Below, piece by piece: positions 11,512-24,716 of a stretch of 64,000 nt of DNA. The notes beneath the pieces are model-generated. The model ran no database searches. It was not told where the DNA came from and saw only the letters and a program-made list of their open reading frames with translations. The number at the start of each line of letters is the position of its first letter. The stretch's first letter is position 1. The position numbers and the translations under genes were made by a program. Source of the DNA: Amoebophrya sp. A120 (lineage: Eukaryota; Protista; Dinoflagellata); the NCBI GenBank assembly GCA_905178155.1, contig CAJINV010000011.1:891982-955981 (forward strand), read 5' to 3'.

Positions 11512-14233
11512 GTGCACCTGCTCCCCAAGATGCCTTCTTTCGCCCCGGCTTCGTGCTGGAGCATGTCGCTCCGTCTGGTCGAAACCAAGCCGCGAACTGT
11601 TGCCGTCACGATGCTGATGCTTGTTGTGTGGGCAACAACCTACTGGCTGAGGGCCGCGAAAACGCCGGAGCTGCTGCTGGCCGCGCGGGCGAGCGAGGAC
11701 CTTTCCAGCGTGCTGCCGATGTGCAAAGCAACGGAGGCAGAGGAGAATCCATCGTCACCCCCTTCGTCTTCAAAAGGCCCAGAGCTCGGCGAGCGAAGGA
11801 GAACTTTCTCTACGACGAGCGGGGAAACAACCGACCGCGAGATAACAGGGACGGCCCGCCCGATAGACGAAACTACAAAACCTGTAGGCCACGAGCAAGC
11901 CGCCCGGTCTCTCGTAGTAGACGAGCAGCACGAGAATAAAAACGGCGTTCTTCCAAAAAGTGAAGACGTACTCGAAGCTTTCGGCGCGAAGACAAAGCCC
12001 GCGCCGCCCCCGAGATCGGACTGGACCTGCGTCGGCGGCCAGAACGAGATCCTTGGGCACGGCGGCTACACCAGTCGGAACGAGCAGCGCCAGTGCGTCT
12101 TTCGCAATGTGTGCTACGATCTGCAAGCGGAAGATTTTATCTTTGTGGGCGAGCCGGACCGACCAACGTTGTACGATCGGCAGTACGGGATCCAGCGCAA
12201 GTTCCGCTTCCGCCGCGAGGAGGGCGATCCGTTCTTCGCCGATTTTGTCAGCCTGCAGGCGAGAACGAAGTTCAATCCTATCGGCGGGAATAAAGCAGGT
12301 TGCAATGATGAGCTGTGTCGCTTTGATAACCACCAGGTTTTTGATTTGTTTTCATCCCGAGCACGGTCCGTCATGAATTGAATGCTTATGCTCTACACTT
12401 GCCAGTCGCAGTCCTCTATCATTGCAAATTTTTCCCGCCAAATATTCCGAGAAGGATCCGATTCGCACCTGGTCGTTCCGCGACAAGCTAGAAGCAAAGC
12501 CGACCAGCGCTTTCAGCGACAAGCCCGCGGTGAAGAAAGACATCGAGACCAGCTACTACGGGAAAACGAAAGGGCGGCCACGGTACCCGAATTCGTTTGC
12601 TCCGAGGGTTGAGAAGAAGGCCGGTTGGAAGGCAAGTTACAAAGAGGGCGAGGACGTGTTTCTGCAGCTTCCCGGCGTGCACGTGTTATTCGACCAGGCG
12701 GACCCGTTTAACCTCGGACACGTTCTGTGGGAGGACATGTTCGGCATCTACTCCGCGCTGCGAACCCTGGACGTTTTACCGATGAACGAGGTTTTGTTGC
12801 AGCAGGAAAACAAGAGTGCAGCAGCCCCCGGGGATGGTGCTTCGAAAACTTCTGCTAGCGCAGTAGAGGACCCAAGAACCCATCTCCTCTCCTTTCTCCA
12901 CCTCCAGAGCTGCGAAGAGGCTGCGGGCTTTGACGCCGGACGCGCCAAGATCTGCCACAAATTTCGCCACGCCTTCGGTGCGCATCTGTTGGCAAAGAGT
13001 ACAACTGCGAGCACATCAAGAACAACTTCTTCTACGGGTGCTGCTGGCGGCGCTTCAGAAGTTGTACAACCTCCATCACCGCCTGGCGGTACCATGCACA
13101 ACTTCACCAGCAGCACGGGGTTGCGGCCGGGGCACTTTGTCGACCTCACGTCCCTGCTGGCGACGATGGAAAAGCAGTTTATTCAAGCTGGGCCCGGAAC
13201 GTCGTCGGCTCCAACTGGCAAAAATCTCCGCTACATTTGTTTCGAAAACCTCGTCCTCCCCGGCCGAAACGGGGTTTTTGATTCCACGGAGCTGAACGCC
13301 GGGAAAACCTCGTTGTTGCACGAATTCCGCAGAAGTTTGCTTCTGTGGCACCAGCTGGACCCGAATTTCGTACCGGAAAAACCAAAAGTCGTCCTGGTGG
13401 AAAAACACGGCAAGCGCGGCTTCCACAACTTCGCGCAAATCGCGAAAGCGGTGAGGGAGAGAGGACTGGAGCTCGAGAAGACCCTCGCGTTTGGAGGAGG
13501 CTCTCGGGCAGAGGAGGTGCAGCAGAGTGATAGTACACCCAGCCTTATCTGCCGCACGTCGTGGCGCCTGCCGACATTCAGAGCGCAGCTGCAATTACTC
13601 CTCCGAACGACCGTGCTAATCACGCCGTCGGGGGGCATTTCCACCATCCTGCCCTTCCTTCCCAAGGGCAGTTTCGTCATTCTCCCCACCTACCAGGCCC
13701 CCGTCGGGTTTTTCGCACGACCCTTCTCCTCTCTCATGGCGCTGCTGTTCCGACCGTGGGGCCACGGTGCGCAGGTCTCACAGGAGGAAAACGCGAAGAT
13801 TCGGGCATTCGTGCAAAATGGTGACCATGCGGAGATCGCTGGCGCGGGAGGACAAGAGAGAGCTGCGACAATGCTGCCGCGACCAACATCCACAGAGAAC
13901 GACAATTTCAACGCCCTCCGCAGTTCCAGTTTCTGGCTGAAAATCCAGGACAAACTCCGTTTCGGGAACCACATGGGCGAGTGTCTCGGCTGTCCGAATG
14001 GCATGGAGGACGAGCTGTGGCAGCACTTTCCGCACGTGAAGAAGATGCGATACCAAGTGTTTTCCTGGAGCGAGTTCGAGAACTCCGAACCCGGTCGGGA
14101 CTCCGCCGTGATTTTAAACCCAGAAAGATTAGTGCCTTTGCTGGAAACCGCGCTGTACAGCTGGAGGAATAGCAAGAACGCGAAGGAAAAATTTGCTCAT
14201 GCTCCTGAGAAGAAGGACGATACCAGGAAGTAG
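11512..14233 (+). CDS. Type II membrane glycosyltransferase, GT61-like, with one unresolved intron near 12300-12420
   Basis: N-terminal hydrophobic segment. Motifs CVFRNVCYD, NLGHVLWEDMFGIY, ICFENLV, KVVLVEKHGKRGFHNF, FRAQLQLLLRTTVLITPSGG...FLPKGSFVI. Confidence 0.65.
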
Positions 14234-14761
14234 AACGTATGCATGCATGTAACTGATGAAGTTGAGGATTTTACGATGCAAGAAAGAACGACACGCAGGA
14301 TGAATCTGAATGTCATTGAACACGGCCCTTGGTCGTGTGCACCACCATGAAGGGGCTGCGGCAGACCTTGTTCCTCTGTCAGCTCTGCAGCTCTAGTTGT
14401 TCGAGCCGGTCGCTATGTACAAAAGTCAAAGTAGAAGTTCATATACTTAAAAGCTCGTTTTGTGGTCATCGTCAACCTCAATATAGGACGATACCGTCTT
14501 TGTGCTGTTGAACGTTGTAAACAGGTGATACGAATCTTTTCAATTTTTTTTGTTACGTGAGGCTCTTCATCTTCTACTGCTCGCCGTCCCCCACACTTGT
14601 AGGTAGCCTAGTCGGTGTTGTGATTGTGAACGACTCTCTGAGTCCAGCCTTCGGAACAAGTCTGCATCCGAACAATCTCTAATTATAACCTATTTATTTG
14701 CGCATCACCACCTCCTAGTTTTACTTTTACATTTACACGATTTATTCACAAGGCTAGCAAC

Positions 14762-17700
14762 ATGTTACAATCTTCCCGCAGCTCTCTCCTGCATTTGCTG
14801 CTCATTGTAAGCACCACCTCCACGACTACCGATGCTCGGTCTTTGTTAAACCTCGCCAACAAACTGTCCCGCAGCTGGACCAGCGTTTCGGATTTGAGCA
14901 CCACGGCCTCGTCCTCAAGAACCGCCGACTTGCTACAACAACCGTGCTCTTCTTCTACCGCTACACCTCCAAGTGCTGCTGGGAAAAATGCATCACAAGT
15001 TGTTCCACTCCTTCCGCGCACTTGCTCTCAGAGTTTGTCTTCAAGTGATGCTCCTGTTGACGCGCAGCCGCCGACGGAAGTCCACGAGACCGGCGCACCA
15101 TCGTCGAGTGACGGATTTAACCTCGGCGCGGAGGGAAACAATCGGAACGAAACCTTAGACGCAGCCGCGTCAGCCGTTACGCCCATGTCCAGGCAGGCGT
15201 CTACATTGAGTTCTTCCTCCGGAGCAGGCGGGCCGCGACCTTCAATCCTGCAAATGCACCCTATGTTGTTGGGCGGCGGCGCTTTGCACCTCTTGCCAAC
15301 CTACTTGACGAGCCTGACGCCACTAGAAGGCGCACCTCCGTCGAATCTACTTGTGGCAGCAAGTAATAGGAGCGCGGAAGGTGGTCGTGGTGCTGGTGGC
15401 GGGGATGGGGAAGAAAGCGAAGTGGATCTTGAGGAGAGCAGCGACGTCAACACCTTGAAGCAAAAAAGACGTGAAAAGATTTCTAGGACTACTTCATCCG
15501 AAGATGATGCCGAAAAGCAAGGTGCACCTGGTCAAGCGCAGGATCTGCAGGACGAGGCCAAAGCAGCTGCGCAGAAAAAGTGGCAGGAGGCCTTTCGCGA
15601 CGTGATGCAGCGGAGGTTGGCGTTGCAAGAGCAGTTCCGATCCGTAGTGGAGGCGAGCCAGGCGAGCGTGCAGGAAAGAACAGCGGAAAGGGAAGCTGCT
15701 GCGTCAGGTGAAGGTCTGCAAGACGAAGATGACGATGAGACGGAAAACGGCGGAAAAGGGAGTGAGGACACGCGATCCCGCGAGGCTGCTCTTCACGAAA
15801 AGGAAGAGCAAGTTGCGGGGGACCTTCACGTCGACCACGAGCCGATCGCTCTGCCGTCTGGATCTGGTTTCACGACGATATTGTTGGATCCACCGAGCAC
15901 GACGAACGACGAAGCAGCAAGCGCCAACTCCACTTCTACCGACGTTAAGGTGACCGAAGGTTCTGAAGAAGAGCCGCCGCATCAAGACAACGTCCCACCA
16001 ACTGAGGCGTCCTCTTCAACCTCCTCCCCGGAAGCACAGGATCACCGGAAAAACAAGAACTCTTTGTACGCGACTCCAGAAATAGCGGCAAAAAACGGCG
16101 CGAGCCAACTTTTCGACATGACACTGGACGACGAGGAGGAGGAGCGGGCGGGGAATGTGAACGCCACCACACCCTCGGTGGACGATGACGCCGAGTGGTT
16201 GGTGGCCAGACCACTGGTCTTGTCAAGACAGCATTCCTTATCCGACGGGGAGCAGGAAGGGCAGCTGCAGGAAGCCGGTGGTGAACTACGTGATGAAATG
16301 AAAGTAGACCACAATGAGAACAACAAGCTCTTACCGGGAGGACCACCGTTGCAACACGATTCCGATTCGGATTCGCCGCCGGGTGTTCAGACGACGACCG
16401 GTCAGGAGGTAGAATTAGCTGGACTGGAGGACCTGATCAAGTTCAAGAACAACGAGGGTGCGGCGGACGGGAAAGACGAGGCGAAGGCGAATAAACCTCG
16501 TCCACCTGTGTTGCAAGTGTAAGTTAGTACGGACTGTTTTTGGTTTGTTTTGCTCTTGTTCCTCTTCCTTGTCGTCGCATCTTGCTGATAAACAAAAACA
16601 TAAACTGACCGCGATCGCACCCACGAGCCTGTTTTTGAAGTGATCGTAGGAGGTATCTACTCACGAATTATTGAAGAAAAAAGAAACCGAAATAAACCTT
16701 AACCTAAACCTTCTATATCCAGGTTCGACATGAGCAAAGGTGACGGTCACATGTCTCCGGCAAACGACAAGCACGAAGTTTTGTTCCGCACGGCAGCACC
16801 GACACCGAGTGACGATCAGGAGTTCGTCGTGAACGCATTGTGCCAAGGAATGAACAACCTCGGTTTGCTGGACGTCGAGGCAGCATCCTTCATAAAAGAC
16901 GGCGAGCACGAGATCACCAAGCTCATGACAAACAAGGAGCCGCCCCTTGAAGATCACACGGAAACACCAGGTTCGGAACAGACGCCGCTTTGTCGCGACG
17001 AGGAGAACAAAAATGATGTAGATCTCGGTGAAGTGGAGTGCTGTGGCACCGCCTCCAACAGTGAAGAGCGGGCTAGTACATCGGTTACGGTACCAGCAGG
17101 GGATCATCATTCTTCCGAACCACAACAACAAGCGCCAGCGAAAGTAGACGGGTCCCAGCTGCGCAGCCTGTACTGCGATAGCGAGGATGATGACAAGCAA
17201 ACGACAAGGAAGTCCATCTTCTCGTGGCGCAGGAAGAAAACTAGTTGTACACCAAAGCCCGGGGAAGACGTCGGTGCGAAGATGAACATCAAGCGCGGTA
17301 AAAAATGCTGTTGTTTTTGCCGACGGGGAACAACGACAAGCGAAAGTTCCGCTTCGTCTACAACGACATCAATGGGCTCTTCATCGTGCTCGAAGGAAAC
17401 CGAAACCACCGCCGACAATAGCAGGAACAGCGGAGTAGAACAAGATCGCGGCGCTCCTATCTGCGTTGGAGGAACTGATGCAACTACTTCCGAGGTCCTC
17501 GTGCCAGCTGCTTCACCCACGACCTGTATAGGTCCTTGCAACAAGATGAACAAACTCTTCCGCAGTAGACCGGGCCCGCCGCCACTTCTCGCCACCACCG
17601 CCGCACTAGCCGCTGCAGCTGCGTCCTGTTGCGGCGTCGCGTCCCTCGCCGGAAGTAGATTATCTTCCGTAGAAAATTCGAATTTGTGTTTTCCATTTTC

Positions 17701-18004
17701 TTTTTCATCCTCCCTGTTGCCGTCTTTTGGAGCGGAGAGAACAGCGGCTCGCACCGTGAACGAGTTTCTTGCCACCACCCTCCAGGATTCGGTAGCCTAC
17801 GCGCACAACTTCGGACGGGAAGCGCTTTGCAACCACCAGCCGTGGATCTCGTGCTCTTTGAAGATGTGCTGCACAGGGGACGAGATCGCTGGCATCAGCA
17901 CGGCCAGTTTGGCGCACGACCTCGCTGAGAACAAAGATAGTTCCTTCGGCGTGATTTCGGAGTGGGGTGGAGAAAACGGTCTAGGCGCTCCACCAGGGGT
18001 CTGA
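14762..18004 (+). CDS. Large acidic, low-complexity hypothetical protein with a possible signal peptide, 2 exons
   Basis: The 586-aa and 424-aa ORFs join in frame across a GTAAGT...CCAG intron at 16519-16722 (PVLQV|FDMSKG). Confidence 0.65.
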
Positions 18005-18983
18005 AGAAGCCGCGGAAACACAACGTAAAAACGGTTGTTTTATTTGGTCTCGGTCTGTAGTTGCGTCAACACTTTCACAGCCAAATGGGCCGACCAATTT
18101 AGGCGACAACTGCAGACAAGAACTGGCCGAAGAATTTTCCAAAACATACAACTATAGGTATCCGTACTACAACTGTCCAAAACGTGCATGATTTATGGTC
18201 CTTTTTTCTTTGGAGCGCTTCATTTCATTTCCGTATAGAATTCTAATTTGTAGAGCTGGCAATTTTGTACTCACCATTTTTCAGCAATTTTGTACGACCA
18301 CGAGAATAAAAACTTTTCAAAATTATAGCATTTACAAAGATACCGCGACTCGCGACTTCGTTTCTAACGTGTATCTTGGGCAATGTGAGATTTTTCGCAC
18401 GCTCCACCTCGTTCTTAGCTCTTTCACGAAATCTTCGTCTTTATTTTCTGCAAACCAAGCAACACGACCTTCACAATAACGCAAAACAGCACGGTGACAC
18501 AACGTCTAGGATAGAAAAGAAAACCTATTTGCCGTGGCTTGCATCTATATACTTTTTTACTGAGTCACCAGCGACGCAACTACTTTGACTTCCTGAAACT
18601 CATCTGCTAACAGACCGCGCCTACTTGTTTTCATCAAAAAGAACAACCGCATCGAAGGAAGTACCGGTGTCGACCGCCGTTTCATTTCCTGCGGCGGATG
18701 GAAAGGAGCGGTTCCGCTACAGAAGGTTGTCTGTGTCTGGTACAGAAGTTTCTCGATGTTTTTTCACAAGGGCAAAGTACAGCTATTCCTAACGCAAGTA
18801 GACTGGGTACTTACTAGTTTTTCTGGGTGGTTCCTCTTGCTGCATCTGCCTACAAGAGGGAACAAGCACTCCTGGGTGAAAACAAAGTGTGTGTAGTTTG
18901 TCGTGTCACAGACACGAGGAAGAAGGAATACTCGTCATACATCAGATTCACATTCAGTAGAGAAGTAGACAGAAACCATTTCT

Positions 18984-21487
18984 ATGCTCATAGAATATCT
19001 TTCGCCGTCGGTTGATTTGGATTACGACATTCACACTGCCAGGATGGGTGCTACGTCGTCCGTTGAACCCGGTAAGGGGGTGTCCTTTCGTTACCCGTTG
19101 CTAGGAGAAAGCCAGAACCCTCAACCACCGTTGGAAGGGGATGAGAAATCCCAACAGGGCGAGGCGCCAGCATCAAATGATAACTCGTCACCGCCTTTCC
19201 TCGAGCTGGAATACTACCCGTCGAAGGGCGTGGGTTTCGAGCTCTGGCCAGCGGCGTTTGCGCTCGCGGACTTCGTAGAGAAAACGATTTTGCTCCCTGG
19301 AAGTCTTGGTCGTGCTCAGCATGCAGAACTAGCTAGGAAGAAAGGCTCATCATCTCAGCCGAGTACAACAACCTCGCCGGACCACCTGGCTACACTAAGC
19401 ACAAAATCCACGGCAGCGTCGTCTTCTTCTTCGCCACCCTTCGGAGCAGGGTTGGAGATACACGACATCAACCCCGTTCTGGTGATCGGAGAGGAAGATC
19501 CAGAATCTGGTGCAGCAGAAGTTCTTGCCGCTGATTCAAACAAACAGGGACCTGGAATAAACCGCTGTCCTCCAGCATCCTCGGACGACACCAACAGTAC
19601 ACAGTCCACGGCGGATTCTTCTACTGTACTAGCAGGAGGCGCGGCAAATGCAAAAATTGGTGGAAGCTCCTCGTCTAGTTCAAGCACGCTGAGCTTGCCT
19701 TCTACAACAGGTAGAAATGTTTCATCGGAGGAGGTGGTACAACAACAGGAACAGCTAAAGAAACAAACCAAAACCGACACCCAACCACTACCCCGAGCCC
19801 CCGCGGACGCAATGAAGGATCAACAGCAGCTGCGGTTTCTCGAATTGGGTTGCGGCGTGTGCGCCCTGATTGCGCAGGTCTGCGCCGCCTACGGGCACGA
19901 CGCGGTGGCGACGGACGACCTGTTGGTGGTGCAGAACATGCACGGCAACCTGGAAAACACGAACGTCAGGGCGGTGGCGGCGAACTGGTATGCCGACCAG
20001 GAAATCAAAGCGGTTTTGTCCGCAGCGTGTCGGGACCTCGACTACATTTTGATGGCCGAAGTGGTGTACTTTCCGACCCTGTTCAAGCCTTTGTTGGACA
20101 CCTTGAAACTCTTACTGGATACTAGTTCGGAGAACAACAAGTGCTGCAAAAAATCGGTGCAGATTCTGTGGGCAAACTCGACAAGATTTCCAGACTACAA
20201 ACCCCCACTGAACGACTTTCGGAAATTGGCGGAGGATGCGTATGGGTTTTCTTTTGAGGAAGTCTACCGAGTGAAGCAAACGGAGCTCAAGCGGGTGGTT
20301 GCGGTCAGCCAACGGACATTGGCGCAGAGCAAGAATTCGAAGAAGAAGGTGGATCATGATTTACAGCTTGGACGGCCGTTAGAAAAGAGGCGGGCGATTT
20401 TATAGTGATTTTATAGGAAGGGGGCGCGTTAGGTTTTTAATTTTCCGAGTTCGCCGATGCGTGCCTGCTCTAGGCGTGTGGTGAGTATTTGCCTAAGTAG
20501 GCTAAGGAATTGAGGCGGGCGCTGCATTGTGTTGGCGATGTTTTTCGGGTGGATTTTGAAAAAAAAAAAACGTCGCAAAAACATCGCGAGGAACACCAGA
20601 AGAGCATGCTCTCAGCACCACTGTGCTTTTCTCTGTTCGCTGGTGAATTTGCTTCGTCGTTTTTGTGCGTGGATGTTGCAAAAGGCCAGCCAAAAAAAAA
20701 CACAGAGCGCCATCGGAAATAATTTTAAACCGCACGCTACGGCGTCATCATGAAAAAGCAGTTGTTTTGCGGCTCAAAAAAGTTGTTCAAAAGTTGCTGG
20801 TGACTTTACAACAAAAAAAGATGCTTTGGCTCTCAATTTTGGAGCCAAAATATCGACCATAGCGTGCAGTTTGCCGGCACGCAACCCGTAAAGTCGCCAT
20901 AAAGTCACCCTAAAGTCACCGCTAAAATCACCAACATCCGGACGGAAAAAAATCCAAACCCAACCCGCATTGGAAATTGCCGATTTGGCCTGGTAGAATT
21001 CGCATCGAAAAAGTGCCAATCCCGGTGGTAGTAGGGACATCGGCAAGGCTTAGCGACGTCAGTTTTGGTCTCGTGTGTCGAAAAAAGCAGCGCAAAAATT
21101 GAGAGCGCTCGCCGCATTAGAAATTGCGCATTTTGCCTTCTGAATTTTTGAAAATTTTGCCTGGAATGCCGATGGTATGGCGCTTGTATCTTGGCCCTCC
21201 TTTGTCTCCTCTTGTTGGTATCTTCTCCTTTGCTCTCAGGGACAAAAATAAAGAAATCTTCTGAAGGCAATGAGGCGTCTTTTTTTCGGCGCCATGCTTG
21301 AGAGTATAGCCCTAAAATCACTGAAAAATCACCCATCAAAATTCTAACGGGTGTCCAAGCTCTAAATCATGATGCGCGGCTTGGAGGAGCAGCTGATAGG
21401 ATGACGTCAGGGTTGCAGAATAAAGCGACTGGGCAGCAGAAAGCAAAGGACATCTGTGAAGCGGGACATGTGGAAGATACCCGGTAA
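18984..21487 (+). CDS. Family-16 (METTL21-like) SAM-dependent protein methyltransferase, interrupted near the 3' end by a TIR element
   Basis: GVGFELWPAAFALADF, FLELGCG, AVATD, W, DYILMAEVVYF...PLLDTL. The frame resumes at 21374 if the 1-kb element is removed; otherwise it stops at 20405. Confidence 0.75.
20355..21371. mobile_element. Non-autonomous TIR element (1017 bp) flanked by AT
   Basis: 59-bp TIRs at 20355-20413 and 21313-21371 (47/59 identical, 27 of the first 30), starting CATGATTTA. Internal AAARTCRCC repeats, 4 in tandem at 20889-20932. No transposase ORF seen. Confidence 0.85.
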
Positions 21488-22214
21488 GTTTTGATTTGAT
21501 CGATTTTGTTGCATTGCTACGATGTGAAACTGAAATTCACATTTTTGCACTTGGAAGTTCTTGCACTCCAATATATAATGAATTTACCGCATCGATGAAT
21601 CATGATTCTTTTTCATCACACCTACAGAACTGCGGTCCGCATGGGTGTCGTTCCGAATGAGGAGTGCGTAATTTGGCGCATGACCCGCGGTGGCCCGCCA
21701 TGTTCTTCTTCCGGCCCCGTCGACGCCAGCATGCTTGGTTTTTTGCACTCGTTCTGCACAAACGACGGTCGATAGTTGGGCTGACACCTCTGCCTCTGCC
21801 TCTGAGGAAGTGATTTCGCAAGGTGCCAGGGGCATTTGCATTTGCTGAGGCTGGAGGCCGAGACGCGTGCGTAAATTCACACACAGTGCACGGAATCATT
21901 TGAATTGGTGCACTGATGGGCGGTGAAAGAAACTGCATAGAAACAGAGATGATTTTTTGAAGCCTTGTGTTAGCGCCGGACGGTGATAACGTGTTGTTCT
22001 TTGCTATTGAAAGCAATTTTCTTTCTGCAACCGCAGCCGAAGATCTTCCGTGAAAAGAGGAGATCTCAGATCTTTGATTGTAGTTTTTGTGCAAACAGGA
22101 GAGAGTGCAACTCGATCTGGTTTAAATTGCTTTTTGGGATCAAAGCCGTTCCGTAGAAAAGGCAAAGTTTTTTTCCCCGAAAACGACACTTTCTCCGAGA
22201 GTGAAGTGAAGATA

Positions 22215-24305
22215 ATGTCAGACGGACAGCTTTCTACTTGCGCCGGCGCCGAGAAACCTCGGTCCCGCCCCCTCCCCGACGATCCCCGCTTTCCGACCGA
22301 CGTGGCAGCGCAGGCCAGGCTGCACGCTGCACGCTCCCGGCGCAAAAGGATCCTTTTGGACCGGTACCTGCGGAAATTTCCGGCTATTCCAGCGGAGTCA
22401 CAAGGTTTGTTCCTTGGCGATGACTTGGAAAAATTTGAACCGGGAAAGCCAAAGTACGACGAGAAGAGCGACGTCAACAGCACCGCCGCGCCCCCGCCAG
22501 CGACCTTCAACCTGTCTCAACCCTGGAACACTCTCACCGGCGTCGCCGAGTACCAAAGTCACTTCGCAATACCTTTAGCAAATTTGCTGGAAAAAGGAGA
22601 GTGTGCGGAGCTGACGCTGCACGCGCTGCTCGGCGGCGAGTACGACACCTGGGACCAAATACACTGCAACCCGCCCGAATACGGCATCGACCCGGGAAAA
22701 GTGTTCACGGGGACGCAGCACAGGAGGCACGACCACGCGGGTGAAGAACATGAAGGACGAAACAACACTACATCTTCTTCGGGAAGTAAAGCACCGGCTT
22801 CCTCCGACCTGTGGGCCTCGGCCTGCGGCTCCTGGCGATTGCAGTTTGACCAACGGTTTTTGGAAGTAGATGCTCCTCCTTTAGAATCAGCAGAGACCAC
22901 CACCGCAACTTTTGACGAGCGACAAGACTGCAAAGTCGATGCGTTTCTCACCGGTCTGTCGACGTGGCTCCTGGGGAAAAAAGTTTCGAAATCAAGATTT
23001 CTTCGGAACATAAACAAGAAACAGATGAACCACAATAAAAACACCGAAGAACAACTGCAGGATTTCGGAACGCCAGTTGTGCCACGGGAAGCACACCTGC
23101 GTTTCATGGTGCACGCCCGGTTTGCGAGCGGGGACGCTGCAGCTGCCGAGGACGAGGAAGATAAAACACCAGATCGCGAGTGTTTAGCATCTGACCGAAT
23201 CGAAGAAGTTTTTCTGCTTCTCGACGTTTGGGACCTCCTCCGCCAGCTCTTCGGCCTCGAACTCGAGGACGCGAACCAGGGAGCGTGGGGCTGTCTGGGA
23301 GCACAGCTGTCGCCGGTTGGGGGTCTGCGGCCGGTGGAGTTTCTGAACAATAAGGTTATTCGTAGTTCCAGTGGCGGAGAAGAGGGCTGTGAAGATGCGG
23401 AAAAGGAAGTAGCCGTGCAAGTTCGAAGCGAAGATGTCTTTTTCGGAATCCAACTGGACCGCGGGGACGGGCACCAAGACCAGCTGAAGCGCCATGTGAG
23501 CAGTAGCTCGTCGACCACGACACCGACGACGCACGTCGCGCCAGGTCAATATGCTGAACAAGTGGTCAACAACACTGAAGAAGTCGAAAAGACGAATGTG
23601 GTCGTTGACGTGGACTTACACAGTTCACCGCAGCAGCCTAGTAGTACGCAATCCGAGGTGCACGAAAACGATACTACAGCTGCTTCGCTCGCCCAGTATT
23701 TCCAAGCGACGAAGACGTCGCTCGACCTCGTGGAGACCATGTGCTACAAGGGCCTGGCCGCCACGCACAAGGTAGTTGCGGCTGCAGATGTCGACGAGCA
23801 AAAATTCAAAAAAATGGGCATGGCGAGGTACTGGGACGCGGAGCGGATGCGGTGGTACGGTCCGGCGGGAATCGGCACCGCGGTCGGCTTAAAAGAGTTC
23901 GAAGATTTCCACCAGAAACCCTTCCTCCAGGGCGTGCCCGACCGGAAGGGCGGGCACCAATTTGTACGCATCGCGGACGGGAACTACATCTGCTCGGGCG
24001 GTTGGCCCTCGATTTACGCGACACAGTTAGGGCCGTATCTCGGGGTGGAGGCAACTAAGAATCCGCTGAACATGCGCGATTTCAGCTTTTGGCGTGTGGC
24101 GGATGGGAAGGATTATTGTGAGGAAGGCAACAGCAATCCTGCGTCGGAAAAAGAAGAAGCGCGGGGCGGAAGCGCTGAATTGTGCTCATTGTCCAAGAAG
24201 AAGTTTTTGTTGTTTGAAAACTGGGTCATGTTGGACCTGTTTGAGCTTTTCGAGCAGATGGGAGTCGATTTGTGGGGCGTGGTGGGCTCCGAACCCGGCG
24301 AATGA
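22215..24305 (+). CDS. Tandem SnoaL-like / ester-cyclase (NTF2-fold) protein, apparently intronless
   Basis: YWDAERMRWYGPAGIGTAVGLKEFEDFHQKPF, GGWPSIYAT, YLGVEATKNPLNMRDFSFWR, ENWVMLDL...QMGVD. A degenerate N-terminal copy has PWNTLTG and RIEEVFLLLD. The ORF is open from 22050. Confidence 0.75.
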   Translation: MSDGQLSTCAGAEKPRSRPLPDDPRFPTDVAAQARLHAARSRRKRILLDRYLRKFPAIPAESQGLFLGDDLEKFEPGKPKYDEKSDVNSTAAPPPATFNLSQPWNTLTGVAEYQSHFAIPLANLLEKGECAELTLHALLGGEYDTWDQIHCNPPEYGIDPGKVFTGTQHRRHDHAGEEHEGRNNTTSSSGSKAPASSDLWASACGSWRLQFDQRFLEVDAPPLESAETTTATFDERQDCKVDAFLTGLSTWLLGKKVSKSRFLRNINKKQMNHNKNTEEQLQDFGTPVVPREAHLRFMVHARFASGDAAAAEDEEDKTPDRECLASDRIEEVFLLLDVWDLLRQLFGLELEDANQGAWGCLGAQLSPVGGLRPVEFLNNKVIRSSSGGEEGCEDAEKEVAVQVRSEDVFFGIQLDRGDGHQDQLKRHVSSSSSTTTPTTHVAPGQYAEQVVNNTEEVEKTNVVVDVDLHSSPQQPSSTQSEVHENDTTAASLAQYFQATKTSLDLVETMCYKGLAATHKVVAAADVDEQKFKKMGMARYWDAERMRWYGPAGIGTAVGLKEFEDFHQKPFLQGVPDRKGGHQFVRIADGNYICSGGWPSIYATQLGPYLGVEATKNPLNMRDFSFWRVADGKDYCEEGNSNPASEKEEARGGSAELCSLSKKKFLLFENWVMLDLFELFEQMGVDLWGVVGSEPGE

Positions 24306-24716
24306 GACGGCGCTTGAAATGAAGCATCAATCCTCGTGTTTGTATTACAGTACGTTATACATCAAAATTCAAATTGCAGCATGTGAAACAAATGACGATG
24401 TTCGCTTTCGTTCGTTCGTGGATGCGGGACGCATGCACGTAGCACGTAGCTTTTACGAGTCTTCAACAAGAGCATGTGTTGGCTACTGTTGAGAGCAGAT
24501 GTGATGGCTTTAACGGAGAGCGGTCGCCTCGGTGTCGAGCTGGCAAAGTGAGGCCGACGCATTCGTACTAGGTTGTGTTTTGTTGATGAGAGATGAATGG
24601 CAATCAAGCTGAAATCGTTCCGTTACAGTTACCCACGAACGACAAGCAGAACAGGAAGGAAAATGGCACGAGCGTTTAGCGTCAAAATTGCAGAAGAAGT
24701 AAATAAAGCTCGCAGA

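Noticed and set aside
20821-20840. Dinoflagellate spliced-leader relic (TTTGGCTCTCAA)
   Set aside because: Only a partial match to CCGTAGCCATTTTGGCTCAAG, and it lies inside a TIR element rather than upstream of a gene.
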